This document shows, one piece after another, positions 34,291 through 45,777 of a DNA stretch of 64,000 bases. Position numbers and translations under genes: made by a program. Below the pieces are notes generated by a model. That model worked only from the letters and a program-made list of their open reading frames with translations. It was not told the origin of the DNA and ran no database searches. The stretch's first letter is position 1; each line of letters begins with the position of its first letter. Source of the stretch: Salisapilia sapeloensis CBS 127946. Taxonomy: Eukaryota > Protista > Oomycota. The stretch lies in the NCBI GenBank assembly GCA_023334545.1, contig JAADVB010000081.1:1-64000 (forward strand), read 5' to 3'.

Positions 34291-35230
34291 AGTCGCTGAT
34301 ATACAAAAAACAAGTGTATTATTAGTGTAGCCATATCGAGTTTGGAAAGTCAACTTCATCTAAACTTCAACATCGTGTCCGCTGAGAGGATACCTGGAGC
34401 GAAGCTACTCTCTTGTCATCTGAATGGAACATGGATGGCTTTCTATTTATGTCCTGTCTCGTGTATTGGTGCAATTGAGTCTATGTGTGGATGGTTATCA
34501 TTGACAGGGACGTAAGCGCCACGTGTTCACTGTTGCAGCTTTCCGTTTAACAGTCATACCTTCGTATCTCTATCTGAGTGAGTACTACGTATCAGGACAA
34601 TCTTCCTTTGGATCCATTTTCTTGTGCACAAAAAATTGATGCATATAGAAAGTATGCTCACCACTGTTGGGAGGATATACCACTATAAAAATTGATAATG
34701 GCATTGCCACCTTTTCAGATGAATTGCATTCTCTTTCCTTTGACATGAACCTAGGCTTGGTGTACAAGAGATACAAGGATCATTAAAGCCAAGTATAATG
34801 ACGTTTATGGAGATGAAAAATGAACATTCCGTGTGCGCCTTCGGAACTGTGTCATCTCGAACAAGCGATGAATATAGATATCTCTTCCGTTAGACAACCT
34901 GCTATGCCGTGCTTCAAAGTATCTTCTTTCTGAGCTGTACGAAGACATTATAAAATAAGAGATATATATTCTATGATGAAAGCTCTAGCAAGTAAATCGG
35001 TGTTCGTTGAGTAGATAATCGGGTAGTACACAAGGCATTGAAGGCGATATGAAAACAAAAAAGGATAAATTATAAGAGAAATTAATACATGAGTCTTTGA
35101 CGGGTTTCCTACTCTTTTGTCGTTATCCACCTTTTCATTCCTATCTATGCATGTCGTTCGCTTTTCAGCCGACCTTTGATGGGGCATAGTGTCGAGCGTA
35201 TCATCGGAAGTCCTTCAGGTTGAAGTGTCA

Positions 35231-35379
35231 TTCGATTTACTTCCGCTATTGAGCTCTTCGCTGTTTTACTGGGACGGATACAGTGCGCGTTGAACATGGC
35301 GCTCAATTATTCCATCCAGCACGGTACTGTGTCTGTTCCGAAATAATAGAGAAGGGCTCAATAGCGCAAGTAAATCGAA
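35231..35379 (+). ncRNA. Long intergenic RNA hairpin (pre-miRNA / hairpin-RNA-like)
   Basis: 35231-35286 pairs with 35324-35379 in register: 44 Watson-Crick, 7 G:U, 5 mismatches, 37-nt loop; expression not shown. Confidence 0.6.
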
Positions 35380-36153
35380 GAGCTCACCGAGTCTTTCGCG
35401 CGCTTTTTCAAATGTGCACATTTCGAGCACCAGGCATGCTTTGAAGTCTTCTCGAAGATCATTTTCTCCTGTGTGCATGAAAGACGAAGACAGAGATAAA
35501 CCAAGAATATGAATTCGCATCTCCATTGGCAGTAAAGGACACTCGCTTATGCATTCGATATGATGGGAGAAAGTTGTATTGAAGTGTTGTGTTAGGTTTC
35601 CATAGCATGTAGCTACTCCGAATCAACAACTCTCAACGAACACAGAGCTGTCCGATTTGAATATCGAGAATATAATTGCTAAAAGTGAGCCCCCAATCAT
35701 GCCGACTCGGTATTCAGTGCAAACACGGCTTAAAATGTGGATGGTTTTAGACTGTTGAGGATCGCAACCTTCGCCATCGAAGCATTTGCAATCTCTTTGA
35801 TAGCGTATACGATACAATCTTTTCTACGAGCACAAAACTAATTGCCAGCAAAACCTACAGTAGGCCCATCTCAAATGTACATTTACTTGTACAAGTAGAG
35901 TACTAGCTACCTATCAACTTCCTCAAGACATCATTCCATTAAAGAGAGCATGCATAAAGTACAATCAAACGGACATCGTGCCAATATGATCTAAGAAGAC
36001 TGATGCTAGATACAGCAACTCTTAAAAGCTCCTGCTGCAACAACTAGATAGAAAACATATATGAATATAAATTGATCTATTACCAGCATACGCGATTTAA
36101 CTGCAGAGTATCTAGAAGAATGGACTTCTTAACAATCTCACTTTCGTACGAAT

Positions 36154-37593
36154 CTACTTGCGCTCGTCCTTCTCGTATGCGCTTCGCATGAGCAGAAACA
36201 AACTCTTATAAGTTTTCCTTGCGTTTTCATCCCAAGCAGTTCCTGTGCGATGATTGCCGTTCACACGATAGACATGCCATCGTCCTTTGAGGTAGTGACA
36301 ATGGTCTTCCTGGATATCATCTACCGAAGTATGTGAGTTAAAGCGAAGACGACGCTTATGACCAACCGTCGGGACATCGTGTGCAGTTGCTTCTGACTCA
36401 GTCACTGGTGCAAGTGCGTCATCGGAAGCTGCTAAGGCTTCCGGTATCTCTGCTGGCGCAGGGAACCAAGGTCGGTCCATCGACTTGATATTAATAATCC
36501 CATCGTTCGTCTGCCACGCATCCGAGTCAAATCCTTCAAAGAGGTCTGGAAGTGACTTTGTCACGATAGTCATCACCCAGCTTAACCAGAAGAGGAACGA
36601 AAACCAGGAGAAAGAAACATTCTTTGCTCGTCTCCATAGCAGAATGGACAGAAGAAAAGCTCCTTGCAATCGAAACGCCAAGGACATTTCGATCGGTAGT
36701 AGATCCATCAACAATAAGCCGAGGACTACTAGTACCAGCAGCTCTGCCGCTGGGAAATGAGCCGAGTCGTGCGTCGTGGCGATGCTTAGCAAGTAGATCT
36801 TGTCCATTTCAATCAACTTTTTATTTCGTTGAACGCGTTCGTGAGGTAGGATGTCGAAAAACAAGTTCCCTTTGTGCATTCTCCGAGGCATGTTCGGACC
36901 AGCGAGATCAGAGAGCGAATGGTCTCTCCATTGCGTCATCCGCAAGTCGTACATGGAACGAAGGAAAGGAAGTTTTTGGTAAATCTGAAGCCAGCCGATG
37001 ATGACACCACAGAATGCCTGTCCTCGTAATCCCAACGGCGATGTCGTATCGCGGATACCAAAGAGGTATGGAAACGTCGATCCCGTGAGTGGACTCGCGA
37101 TCGTCGTGAGGCTACGCACCCACGAAGCATCTGAGCCGACTTTGAAAAAGTCTTGGCAAAGCAATTGGTAAAGCTCCAACGCAGTGGTGCCACCACAGCT
37201 GTGACCAACGAGGTGTATCGGCCGCTTGCTGCTCCACTTGGCATGCAGTGGATGGTGGAAAGTTGGACCATAGCGATGGTGTCCACGTTCCTTCGAGTGC
37301 TCTTCTCCGTAATCGACCGTACCACCATAGAGTTGGTAGAAGGTCTCGCACGCCCGATCATGGTCTGAAGTGATGATACCACAGTCAACCATGATATGAT
37401 TCGGATTCAATTCTTGCAGAATGTCGTCTGGCCAATACGCCGGACCTCGCCCGTACAGCGGCCTCGAACGCCCATAGCCGAAGGCACCTAGCACAGTCCA
37501 AGCATCTTTAGTAACTCTGGAAAGCTAGGTAGAGAGTCGTAGCCATTGCATACCGTGGATAAGAACGACAGGAAACTTGGTTGTCGCTGACAT
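36154..37593 (-). CDS. Alpha/beta-hydrolase lipase resembling bacterial family I.5/I.6, with a hydrophobic insertion, 2 exons
   Basis: PVVLIHG(A)FGYG via intron 37488-37553, DYGEEHS..HHRYG, HLVGHSCGG nucleophile, NDG acid, probable His in GNHRTG. Confidence 0.88.
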
Positions 37594-38973
37594 TGTCAGT
37601 GGACTGAAGGACGAGCGAATATGCGAATGAAAAGGTAAAGGCCGCCCACGCTCACATAGCATTAGTACTCGACAGGCATGTCGACCGTACGTAAATTGCC
37701 ATCATTCATATGGAACGGTATAGAGGAATGGCAGGTTCGAGTAGGAACAAATGACACTGTCACATCAAGTCAACTTCAAACGCGATTCTGAAGATACTCG
37801 TGTCTGCAACTAAGATGGTCCATAAAGAGATTTTAAGTGGAGTACCAGCTATACTCACGATGTTCGGTTCGATTTCACCATGATTGACTAGAATTTCATT
37901 ACGTGTATATTTGACGATCAAGTGCGATTTTGAAGAGCTTCTTGCGTTGTGACGATGTTTATGTCAATGCTGTCTTCGTCCACATTGCGACAACGCTAAT
38001 GAGAAAAATGCAAACTGGGCAATGGGCTTATTCATTTACGTGGACGTGTCCGTGCCCGCGTTTCTATTCAAATCGTCATCAGTAACCACATGAGTATGTA
38101 CCTCGAGATAGTAGCATGGTTGCAGCATATTGACGCATCAAATTGGTCTGGTTATCGCCTTTCATCGCAAAAAGTTTTTTACTGAGCAAGGTCGACCCGG
38201 AGCTCTACGAGATACACAACTAGAAATCGTAAGATAATGCTTATAAGCAGTGTGTAAGTCTATTGAAGTGCACGATGATACCGCCGTCAAGAGCGCGTTG
38301 ATCATGCTCATGACATTTACTTCGCGTCAGAGATAGTGGTACATGAGGAGACTGCGTTATCGCTATTGGTAGATTACATTATCTAGGACAAGAAACTCAT
38401 GAACACATCGACATCGTTTATACTTCTTTGTGAGCTACATTCCATTTCCATTTGTTCATCACGGTGAAGCTTTTCAATCGATTGATCAACTTGGGTACCG
38501 CTTCCATTGGATATTGCTTAATCCAAATGACAATGTCACCAAGGTGTTGGTGGGAAGGTGCACTGTAGCGATTAAGACAAGCATAGGACGAGCAAACGCA
38601 ATTAAAGTTGGCTTGACATAAAGATGCCCGCATCTTATGCAAATACCTCTACATTCCTAAAGCAACCGCGTGGTATGGATATAGAAAGAGCTAAGCACGA
38701 GATGAAGTATGAAGCAATGTCGAAACGGAATCCACGATATCACTCCTTCCAACAAGATCGGGCTGCTATACTCGAACATTCCAAGCAACTACAACTCCCA
38801 ATTACGGGATCAACGTCCATTGTAGCCATTGAAAAGTAGTTTAGAGCAAAGATGATACTTTTGTATTTATAAAAGCAGCAAAACTTTGATCCACGCCGGG
38901 TTTGGCGTTTAGTTGTATAAATAGAATAGACAGTAACCAATTAATATGAGCTTAAAAGCTCAACGCAAAGTAC

Positions 38974-40892
38974 ATGGAGTCGCTACTTTTGCTTCCAAAC
39001 GTCCGAAGCTTGCTCCAACAAGAGAACTTGATCCAGCTCTTTTCAGACATCAATATACAGGATGATCGATATATCCCGACGCTCCAGTATCTCGTGCAAC
39101 CTGACCACTGTAAGAATCGGAGTGTATTGCAGATATTATCTTTGCTCATGTCTATACAGTACAGGAACTAGTTGCGCTTCTGTTAGAGGAACCTCACGAG
39201 TCGTTAGAGAAAACAATTGCGTCCACAGGCAATGGACAATACCCGGTATATAGTCAGTACTCGTTCGTGTATAAAGCGCAATGGCTGCTTTGCTCGTCCA
39301 CTTTTTCCCATGGTATCATTTCAGCGATACTGTCGTTAAATTCACAGCAAAAGCAGACACTACAGGAGTTTATGTTGTGCTGTAATACTCGTGATACGAT
39401 GGTAACCGAGGCCTTCACCCGCTTTTTATCGGCTATCATTGATCAACATTCAGTGATAGGCTTGGTTACTTTCTTCGAGGACCGTCAGGAAGAGCTTGTT
39501 GAAACGTTACTCGTTCAATTGTACTACGAGTCCGTCCGAGAAGTCCTCGTTCTTATATGTACAAACACCAGCGATACCGAGGTGCATATGAAAGGGTTTG
39601 TTGGGCAGTTATTACATCAACTCAGTCCACAGTCCAAGCTACTCGAAGACACTTCCCTTGTGTCTAGTCGGGTGATCGAGAAACTAGCCAAGGATGAACC
39701 ACATCATACGTTCTCTCGTGTGATGTTCACTTGCGACTTCATTACAGACATCATTCATGAAAAACGAACAGGAAGCATAGGTTGGTTTTACGTCAATGAA
39801 CTGATGCACAACGAGACGTATATCAACCATTTTCTGGATGCAGTTGTGTGGGAACTTACGACTTTGCCGACGTTTCTCGCGAATGAGTCCTATGCAGTCA
39901 AAGTGCTGAACACTTTACTGCAGCAGTCTCAGTGTGGTTGTGTCACGAAGTTAGCTTTTACAGGACGACCGAGTGACACAGAAGCATGGCAAGAACAAAG
40001 TCCGCACGTCGACTTGAGCTTGTTATGGAAAAAGATGATCGAACGATTACCAGAGCTTTTACAACTAGTACAATTACCACTCACACGGTCCTTTCGACCG
40101 ACACTGATTCAGGTCATCTACTTGATACTTCCTATCGTCAACTGCTCCTGCTATATCGTCGACCAACACTTAATCAAAGCGAAGACATTCGAAACGCTGA
40201 TCGAAGTCGTTCTCAAGTATCCACGTCTTCACATCGTCCATTCTGCCGTCGTTCGACTCTTCATCCTCTCCCTCGAAGACGCACCATTCATGTTTGGTAA
40301 AGAGCTTCCGGTTCTGCGCACTGGAAGCGATCCACTTCGACTCCACTTATTGCTACAAGGCTGTCTCGAACTACTGCTCTCGTCATATGAGAAACAGCTA
40401 GAATTTCCACCTGCCTTCACCGACATTTCCATCTCCTTTGACCAAGCACTTACGGCAGCAAGGGCTAACTTGACCCAACCTCCCCATCATAAGCTCTTGA
40501 AACGATGGCAAAGATATCGATCCAACTTTCTGCTTCCAATTCAAATGCTGTGGGAGAACCAAGTACAAGAGAAGAAGATCGTGTCTGCTCCACCCTCTCC
40601 AAAGCACACCGACAGTGAACTAGAAACACTTCCTCCTACCATTTTTACACAAGACAAGGACTCACCTACAAAACCCACTATTCTTTGCCATTCGCATCCG
40701 ATCCAAGGCTTAATGGAGGAGATGATAAGCACGACGGAAGAAGTGGTCGTATCAGACGAACTTGATCATCAGAAAGACAGTGAGACCCCTCTGTCTGCTC
40801 TCTATGATGATGAAGAGCGAATGATCATGGAGAAGGTGGTGTCGGAGCAAGAGCAACGTACTGTCATCACATCCAATCAAGCACAGAACTAG
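38974..40892 (+). CDS. Divergent SAPS / SIT4-associated (PP6 regulatory subunit-like) protein, 2 exons
   Basis: Helical repeat with LQELVALLLEEP, FLSAIIDQ..LVTFF, KTFETLIEVVLKYP..IVHSAV, aligning by eye to SAPS blocks; acidic tail. Confidence 0.6.
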
Positions 40893-40930
40893 ACAATCAG
40901 ATGCAGAGAACAAGAGACTAGCAAGTATAT

Positions 40931-42697
40931 CTATTCAGCTTCTTCCTTTACTTTTTCCTCCTCCTCTTCCTCCTTCACTTGTTCCTGCTTGACTTCCAAA
41001 CCGTCCAACAGCTCACGTATCTGCGTTCGAGACCTTTCAATGTCCTCCGTCGTTTTCTCTTCGTTCTCGTCCTTCACCTCGAGCTCTTGCTCCAACAACT
41101 CGAGCTGCTCTTTCAAAGTGTCCACGACACTCGATCGCTTCAAATTGCTTTCGTACAGTTGGATATTGATGTACGCATTCAACTTTCGAGAGTACGTGCA
41201 CAAGTGAGCAAGCGTAAAGGCAAGTCGTTGTAGCACATATAGCCCTGCCTCCAGTCTACGAACATACGCCTCGTCCGAGTCATCATCGACACTCGATTGA
41301 ACTCGTTCGTAGTACTTGCCAAACAAACTCACAAGCCGATCTACCTTTTCCATCTCATTCTCGATAAACTTTGCATGGAATCGATCACAAACATCGTGCT
41401 CTGCCTCTGGACGCAAGAGACCACAGCACGAAGCGATGATACTCGCTGTATTCTCCTCCAGCTGAGCTTTCACGGACGCAAGCTTGTAGTTCTTGGACGG
41501 ACGAACGATCTTCTTGCCCATAAAGTACGAAAACAAGGCACGCAAGCCACCGACTTGGACCAGTCGCTCGCAATTCCGAACGTTCCCGATCGTCGCGTGG
41601 TCTACGATCCGCACTGCGCCATGACCGACGAATAGTTTCTTGTCTTTCAAGCACCGGAGCATGAGCTCCATGCCTTCTAAATGTCGAAAGTGGTCCTGTG
41701 CCTGTCGAACGAGCAAGACACTACATAACGAATTGACTAGGTTTTCTACCAACTCTTCCTCTTCTTCTGACGCTGGCGTCCGCTTACGGTACGGAGCCAA
41801 CGCCTGGAGAAGTCCATCCAGTCCATCCGTATCCTCTTGCTTCTTGAGAAAATGATCTCGAGAAGCTGGACCGGATTGGAGCAGGATGGATAGGATTTCA
41901 CTAGCGTACAATTTATTTTCACTAAAGGAACGAGATGGACTAACTAGTTGGAGTAGGAACGGCGCGACATTCGTGTGTCCGATGGCTTGTTCACATGCAG
42001 ATGGAAGCACCTCGGCAACGTTTTCCAGGAGCTGGAGGGAATGGTAGATCCCCGTCGCCTCGGCAGCGTTCTCGTCCTGCGTCGGGTTCGCTGCATCCAT
42101 CTGCCACATGTTGGACACTACTAACGAAAGCATGTTCTGGTCTACAAAGGTCTGGACGAGGCCGCGAGTGTGCTCGAGCACAGCAGACGTGGCGGAAGCT
42201 TCTTCCTCCACCACGTCCGAAAGCTCCGCAAGAACGGAGAGGACACTAAGGCGTACGTCTAGATTCTCATGGGAAAGCATACCCAAGAGCATACTAGGTA
42301 CTTGTAGCTCCTGTAGACGTGGATATAAGGACGAAGCAGCACCCACTGCCTTCCATTTATTCACTTCTTCATCGAGTGTCACCTCGGAGTCCATGAATTT
42401 CGTCGGGTCATTCGCGTATTTGGAGCGTTGGAGAGCGTTTTTACGTATAGCTTTCTGTAGTGAAGTCGCCATGGATTTTAAGGAGCGTGCATCGAGCGTT
42501 AGCACTTGATTCTTGTCAGCTTGGGCCAATAATCGGTCCATATCGTCCTTGGACATCTCTGTTTCCTGTGTTCTGGAACGTTTAGCATGAGATTCGACGC
42601 CATCCGTGTAAGTGGATGGGTTGTCTTCGTCAATATCATCTTCTAGAGACCGTTTCTTCGCATGTACGTCGGATTCAGAGCGAGAGGAAGAGCTCAT
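40931..42697 (-). CDS. CTNNBL1: Beta-catenin-like protein 1 (Prp19 complex)
   Basis: KFMDSEV.LDEE, MLSHENLD, NKLYASEILSILLQ, EEEELVENL, RLEAGLYVLQ. Confidence 0.93.
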   Translation of the reverse strand: MSSSSRSESDVHAKKRSLEDDIDEDNPSTYTDGVESHAKRSRTQETEMSKDDMDRLLAQADKNQVLTLDARSLKSMATSLQKAIRKNALQRSKYANDPTKFMDSEVTLDEEVNKWKAVGAASSLYPRLQELQVPSMLLGMLSHENLDVRLSVLSVLAELSDVVEEEASATSAVLEHTRGLVQTFVDQNMLSLVVSNMWQMDAANPTQDENAAEATGIYHSLQLLENVAEVLPSACEQAIGHTNVAPFLLQLVSPSRSFSENKLYASEILSILLQSGPASRDHFLKKQEDTDGLDGLLQALAPYRKRTPASEEEEELVENLVNSLCSVLLVRQAQDHFRHLEGMELMLRCLKDKKLFVGHGAVRIVDHATIGNVRNCERLVQVGGLRALFSYFMGKKIVRPSKNYKLASVKAQLEENTASIIASCCGLLRPEAEHDVCDRFHAKFIENEMEKVDRLVSLFGKYYERVQSSVDDDSDEAYVRRLEAGLYVLQRLAFTLAHLCTYSRKLNAYINIQLYESNLKRSSVVDTLKEQLELLEQELEVKDENEEKTTEDIERSRTQIRELLDGLEVKQEQVKEEEEEEKVKEEAE

Positions 42698-43011
42698 GAC
42701 GTCCGAAAGTTTATTATCTACTTTTTGTGTCGCGTTTTAGTGTCGTGGAAAACACTTGAACAAAATATAGGACCAGGAAAAGGTACTTGAGAAAGCGTCT
42801 ACTTGGCTCTTTTTGACCATCGTCATGTACGCTCACGACGTACTCCTGTGCTCATGCAAAGTCGGAGCATTATATATACATCTACCATTACGATATTAAA
42901 ACGAGCTAAAAGACACATAAGCAGATTCTTCTCAATACTGCATAAAGGTCTAGCTGAAAGATAATGAAAGCTAGCTGAACTAGTAGATATTCATGTATAT
43001 TCCTGTTCTAC

Positions 43012-43389
43012 TTAGGACTGCAAGATCGGTTGAGGCCGAGATGCAAAGAGCACTCGCTGTCGCGCGATCCCAACGACTTCATATTGCAATTCTATTCCCA
43101 TTCCACTCCATAAGCACATATGTATCTCCTACAAGCTGACGATGCTACCTTCATCCTGTTCAGCTCCACCATGCTTTTCAAGCACAGCAAAAGGCTTTGG
43201 AAGCGGCGCTAGCTTCCCAGTGAGTAGCTGATGACCGATACGCAGTGTCGGTACGCCATTCACAAACTTTAGTTTCCCGATCTCGGTGTCCTGGAAGCCA
43301 TCGGAAGCTTCCTCCGGTACGATCTGTCCTTGGAACTCGACCACACACCACTCGTGGTCCGCCCCCGTCGTCTCCACCTCCACGAGCAT
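43012..43389 (-). CDS. CTF8: Chromosome transmission fidelity protein 8, 2 exons
   Basis: EWCVVEFQG..PTLRIGHQLLTGKLAPLPKPFAVL; intron 43092-43148 adds YEVVGIARQRVLFASRPQPI. Confidence 0.88.
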
Positions 43390-43489
43390 GCTTCGAGCTT
43401 CCTGTTCGTGTGCTTTATCCGGATGACTAGCATCTTATCCGGACAACAATTCCACGACACAAGCTGCCGGTGCTTCGATCCTAGCAGCT

Positions 43490-44593
43490 ATGGAGACGGC
43501 TTCCTCAGCTAGTACGCCGCCAAAACCACGTACCAAACCATCCATGGTCAACAGACTAGATGCCTATCAAGAGTCAGACTTGCCAGGTACACCACCACCT
43601 CCACAAGAGCTGCCAAATACGGAAAAGAGACCAGCGAGCGTCACGTATGACGACGAACAAGTCGCGTGTGGTAGAAGGTTGCAACGTGCAATCCGTAGAT
43701 TCATGTTCCGAACTAGATACGCTCGTAGTCGTAGTGCAGAAGGTCGACCGGCCCAAGTACGTGTACTTCGGACATTAGGATTAGAACTCTTATGCGATTT
43801 TCGTAACCTCGCCTACTTGTACTGCAATGTCCGCGTCCTCAAGCAACCGTTCGGTCCGTTCATGTTCCAATTCCAGACTTCTCGTTGTACCAACGTCTAC
43901 GGTGGGCATTGGGAAGACGACGAGCTCTTCGTGCCGTATCTCTCTTCCAAATGCGAAATCGTCCTCACGCTCGTGGGCGTCACGAGTCGAGGACGTAAGC
44001 GGCATCTAGGCCAAAGCGTCATTCCTCTGCACACGTATTGGGAACGCAGCGTTCAGACTGTGACAGAATCCCTGGGCAAGTGGAAATTCCCGACGGAGGA
44101 AGAGCTCCTTGGAACAGGTCGCTACATCAAAGGACAGTTCGAGGTAGAAATCAAACCCGTCGCGTCCAATTCCTCGGGTCAGTTCCTCATGGCCCCTCCG
44201 ATGAAACTCCAAAACAGTACGTCATGGAAAGCACTCTGGTCTGCTTGGTCCAAGACGAAAGAAGAGGAAGACGCAAGTACGAATACACATGCTACGAGTT
44301 CTACTTTAAAGGAGGTGGAAGGCAACTTGGTGTGTCGTTGGGGCGTGCTAAGCGACACCTACTTCCACCTCTTTGACCACAACTCTGCCAAGCTCTACGT
44401 CAGCCTCGACCTGGCGAAACTACAGCTCATTCAGCCGACAGAACAGGAGCAAGAAGACGCGAATACTCGTCTGTATCCCGTTAAAGTCTACAGCCAAGGC
44501 TCGACGTACGTGCTATTCGTCTCTACTCTCCACCTACAGCAGCTATGGGTCTATCGTATCGACTGCTGTCGACGCAAGCTCCTGATTCCATAG
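43490..44593 (+). CDS. IQ-like - C2-like - PH-like domain protein
   Basis: LQRAIRRFMFR (IQ-like); beta-rich C2-like region ending RHLGQSVIPL; PH-like tail CRWGVLSDTYFHLF..QQLWVYRI. Confidence 0.7.
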   Translation: METASSASTPPKPRTKPSMVNRLDAYQESDLPGTPPPPQELPNTEKRPASVTYDDEQVACGRRLQRAIRRFMFRTRYARSRSAEGRPAQVRVLRTLGLELLCDFRNLAYLYCNVRVLKQPFGPFMFQFQTSRCTNVYGGHWEDDELFVPYLSSKCEIVLTLVGVTSRGRKRHLGQSVIPLHTYWERSVQTVTESLGKWKFPTEEELLGTGRYIKGQFEVEIKPVASNSSGQFLMAPPMKLQNSTSWKALWSAWSKTKEEEDASTNTHATSSTLKEVEGNLVCRWGVLSDTYFHLFDHNSAKLYVSLDLAKLQLIQPTEQEQEDANTRLYPVKVYSQGSTYVLFVSTLHLQQLWVYRIDCCRRKLLIP

Positions 44594-44644
44594 ATATGTA
44601 CTAGCTGTATTTAAGAAAAGAGTCTTCGGAAAGAAAAGAAAGGT

Positions 44645-45747
44645 CTATTGCGTCTTCTTCGCTAGCCATCCAAGAGGTCTACAAATCTTTGGTTTTAGAT
44701 ACAGAAGTAGGCAATCGAATATAGGTACAGGTCTTACGATCCGACGTTCCAGAGAGATTGGATCTTGGGAAATATAAGGTATGCGTCATAATCCACGACG
44801 AATGCTCGTGGATTCTCGTCAGGAGACGTGTATCCGATCGGATGTCCAGCTTGGACGCACTGGAAGTTCTGATGACCGACACCGTCAGCCCATTGGAACC
44901 CTTCCTGCGACAGTTTAAACACCTGCGTTATCTCGTACGTATGTCGCTTGCCAGTGGACTCTACAACGGAACTAGTAGGTGTATCTAAAACGACCGTCTG
45001 TGTGTCGTGCTCTAGTATCTGCCATACCCTACGTTCTAAGTCATCTACGGTGGCACTGGAGAAGGCACTTGCCTGGCCACTCTCGTAGCAGATGCCTGTA
45101 CCGCCATGGATGTTCACGTACTCGTCCGTGAGCGCTACTTGACCATCTGCTAAGAGATGATTCGGATCTAGGAGATGGATGTCACAAGGCAGGCGGCGTA
45201 GCATTTGCTGTAGCTGACTGTCGTGCTCCACACGTTGTGCCTGGCGTCCTGCTAGGCGGATGAAAGGATCGGAAGGCTTGTTCGTCGAATGCACATCCAG
45301 CAATACGTCGCTTTGGGCTAGAATTGGAGCTAATGCTTGTGCTCTTTGCTGCTCATACACGCTTGATTCGTGATTTCCAGACAAGAGGTCCTGTCGGAAA
45401 CACCGGTTCATGTCTGCATGAGGAACACTTCCTCGCGTACCCGTACGAATCGCTACAGGATTACCATATATGAGTGTCAAGGATCCATTCACGACTGTCG
45501 CGGGGTTTCGAGCTGCTTGTGGAAGCAAGAGAGCTTGTCGAAGTCGATCAAGCACATCGACACCAATGCGTTCATTCCCATGCACACCACCCATGATCGT
45601 AACATTCTTCCCAGCACGTGCGGACTGAGATGGGAAGCGATAGACGCCATGGAGGAGCTGCTGGTACTTCATTTGTCCACTTTCGTCTTCTGAGACGAGA
45701 CTCTTTCTTTTGTTTACAATTCTTTTCTTCCCATGAGACGAAACCAT
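44645..45747 (-). CDS. Succinylglutamate desuccinylase / aspartoacylase (M14-like Zn hydrolase)
   Basis: GGVHGNE, DMNRCF, LLDVHST, CYESG; 3' intron 44679-44737; start could be 45672, 45747, 45783 or 45831. Confidence 0.88.
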
Positions 45748-45777
45748 ATCCTGAAGCGATTTATTTTGAATCGGAGC

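Noticed and set aside
34378-34400. GCTGAGAGGATACC resembling a TPP riboswitch core
   Set aside because: Lacks the upstream GGG-UG and downstream ACCUGAU..UAAU..GCG.AGG elements
34973-35060. ATGATGA C-box-like motif suggesting a C/D snoRNA
   Set aside because: No CTGA D box at a suitable distance and no terminal stem
35266-35526. 86-aa minus ORF across the hairpin, faintly transposase-like
   Set aside because: No DDE residues, TIRs or TSD; stops on both sides; G:U bias favours a plus-strand RNA instead
37730-37880. GGTTCGA T-loop-like motifs (about 37735 and 37866)
   Set aside because: No T-stem or cloverleaf can be built; not tRNA
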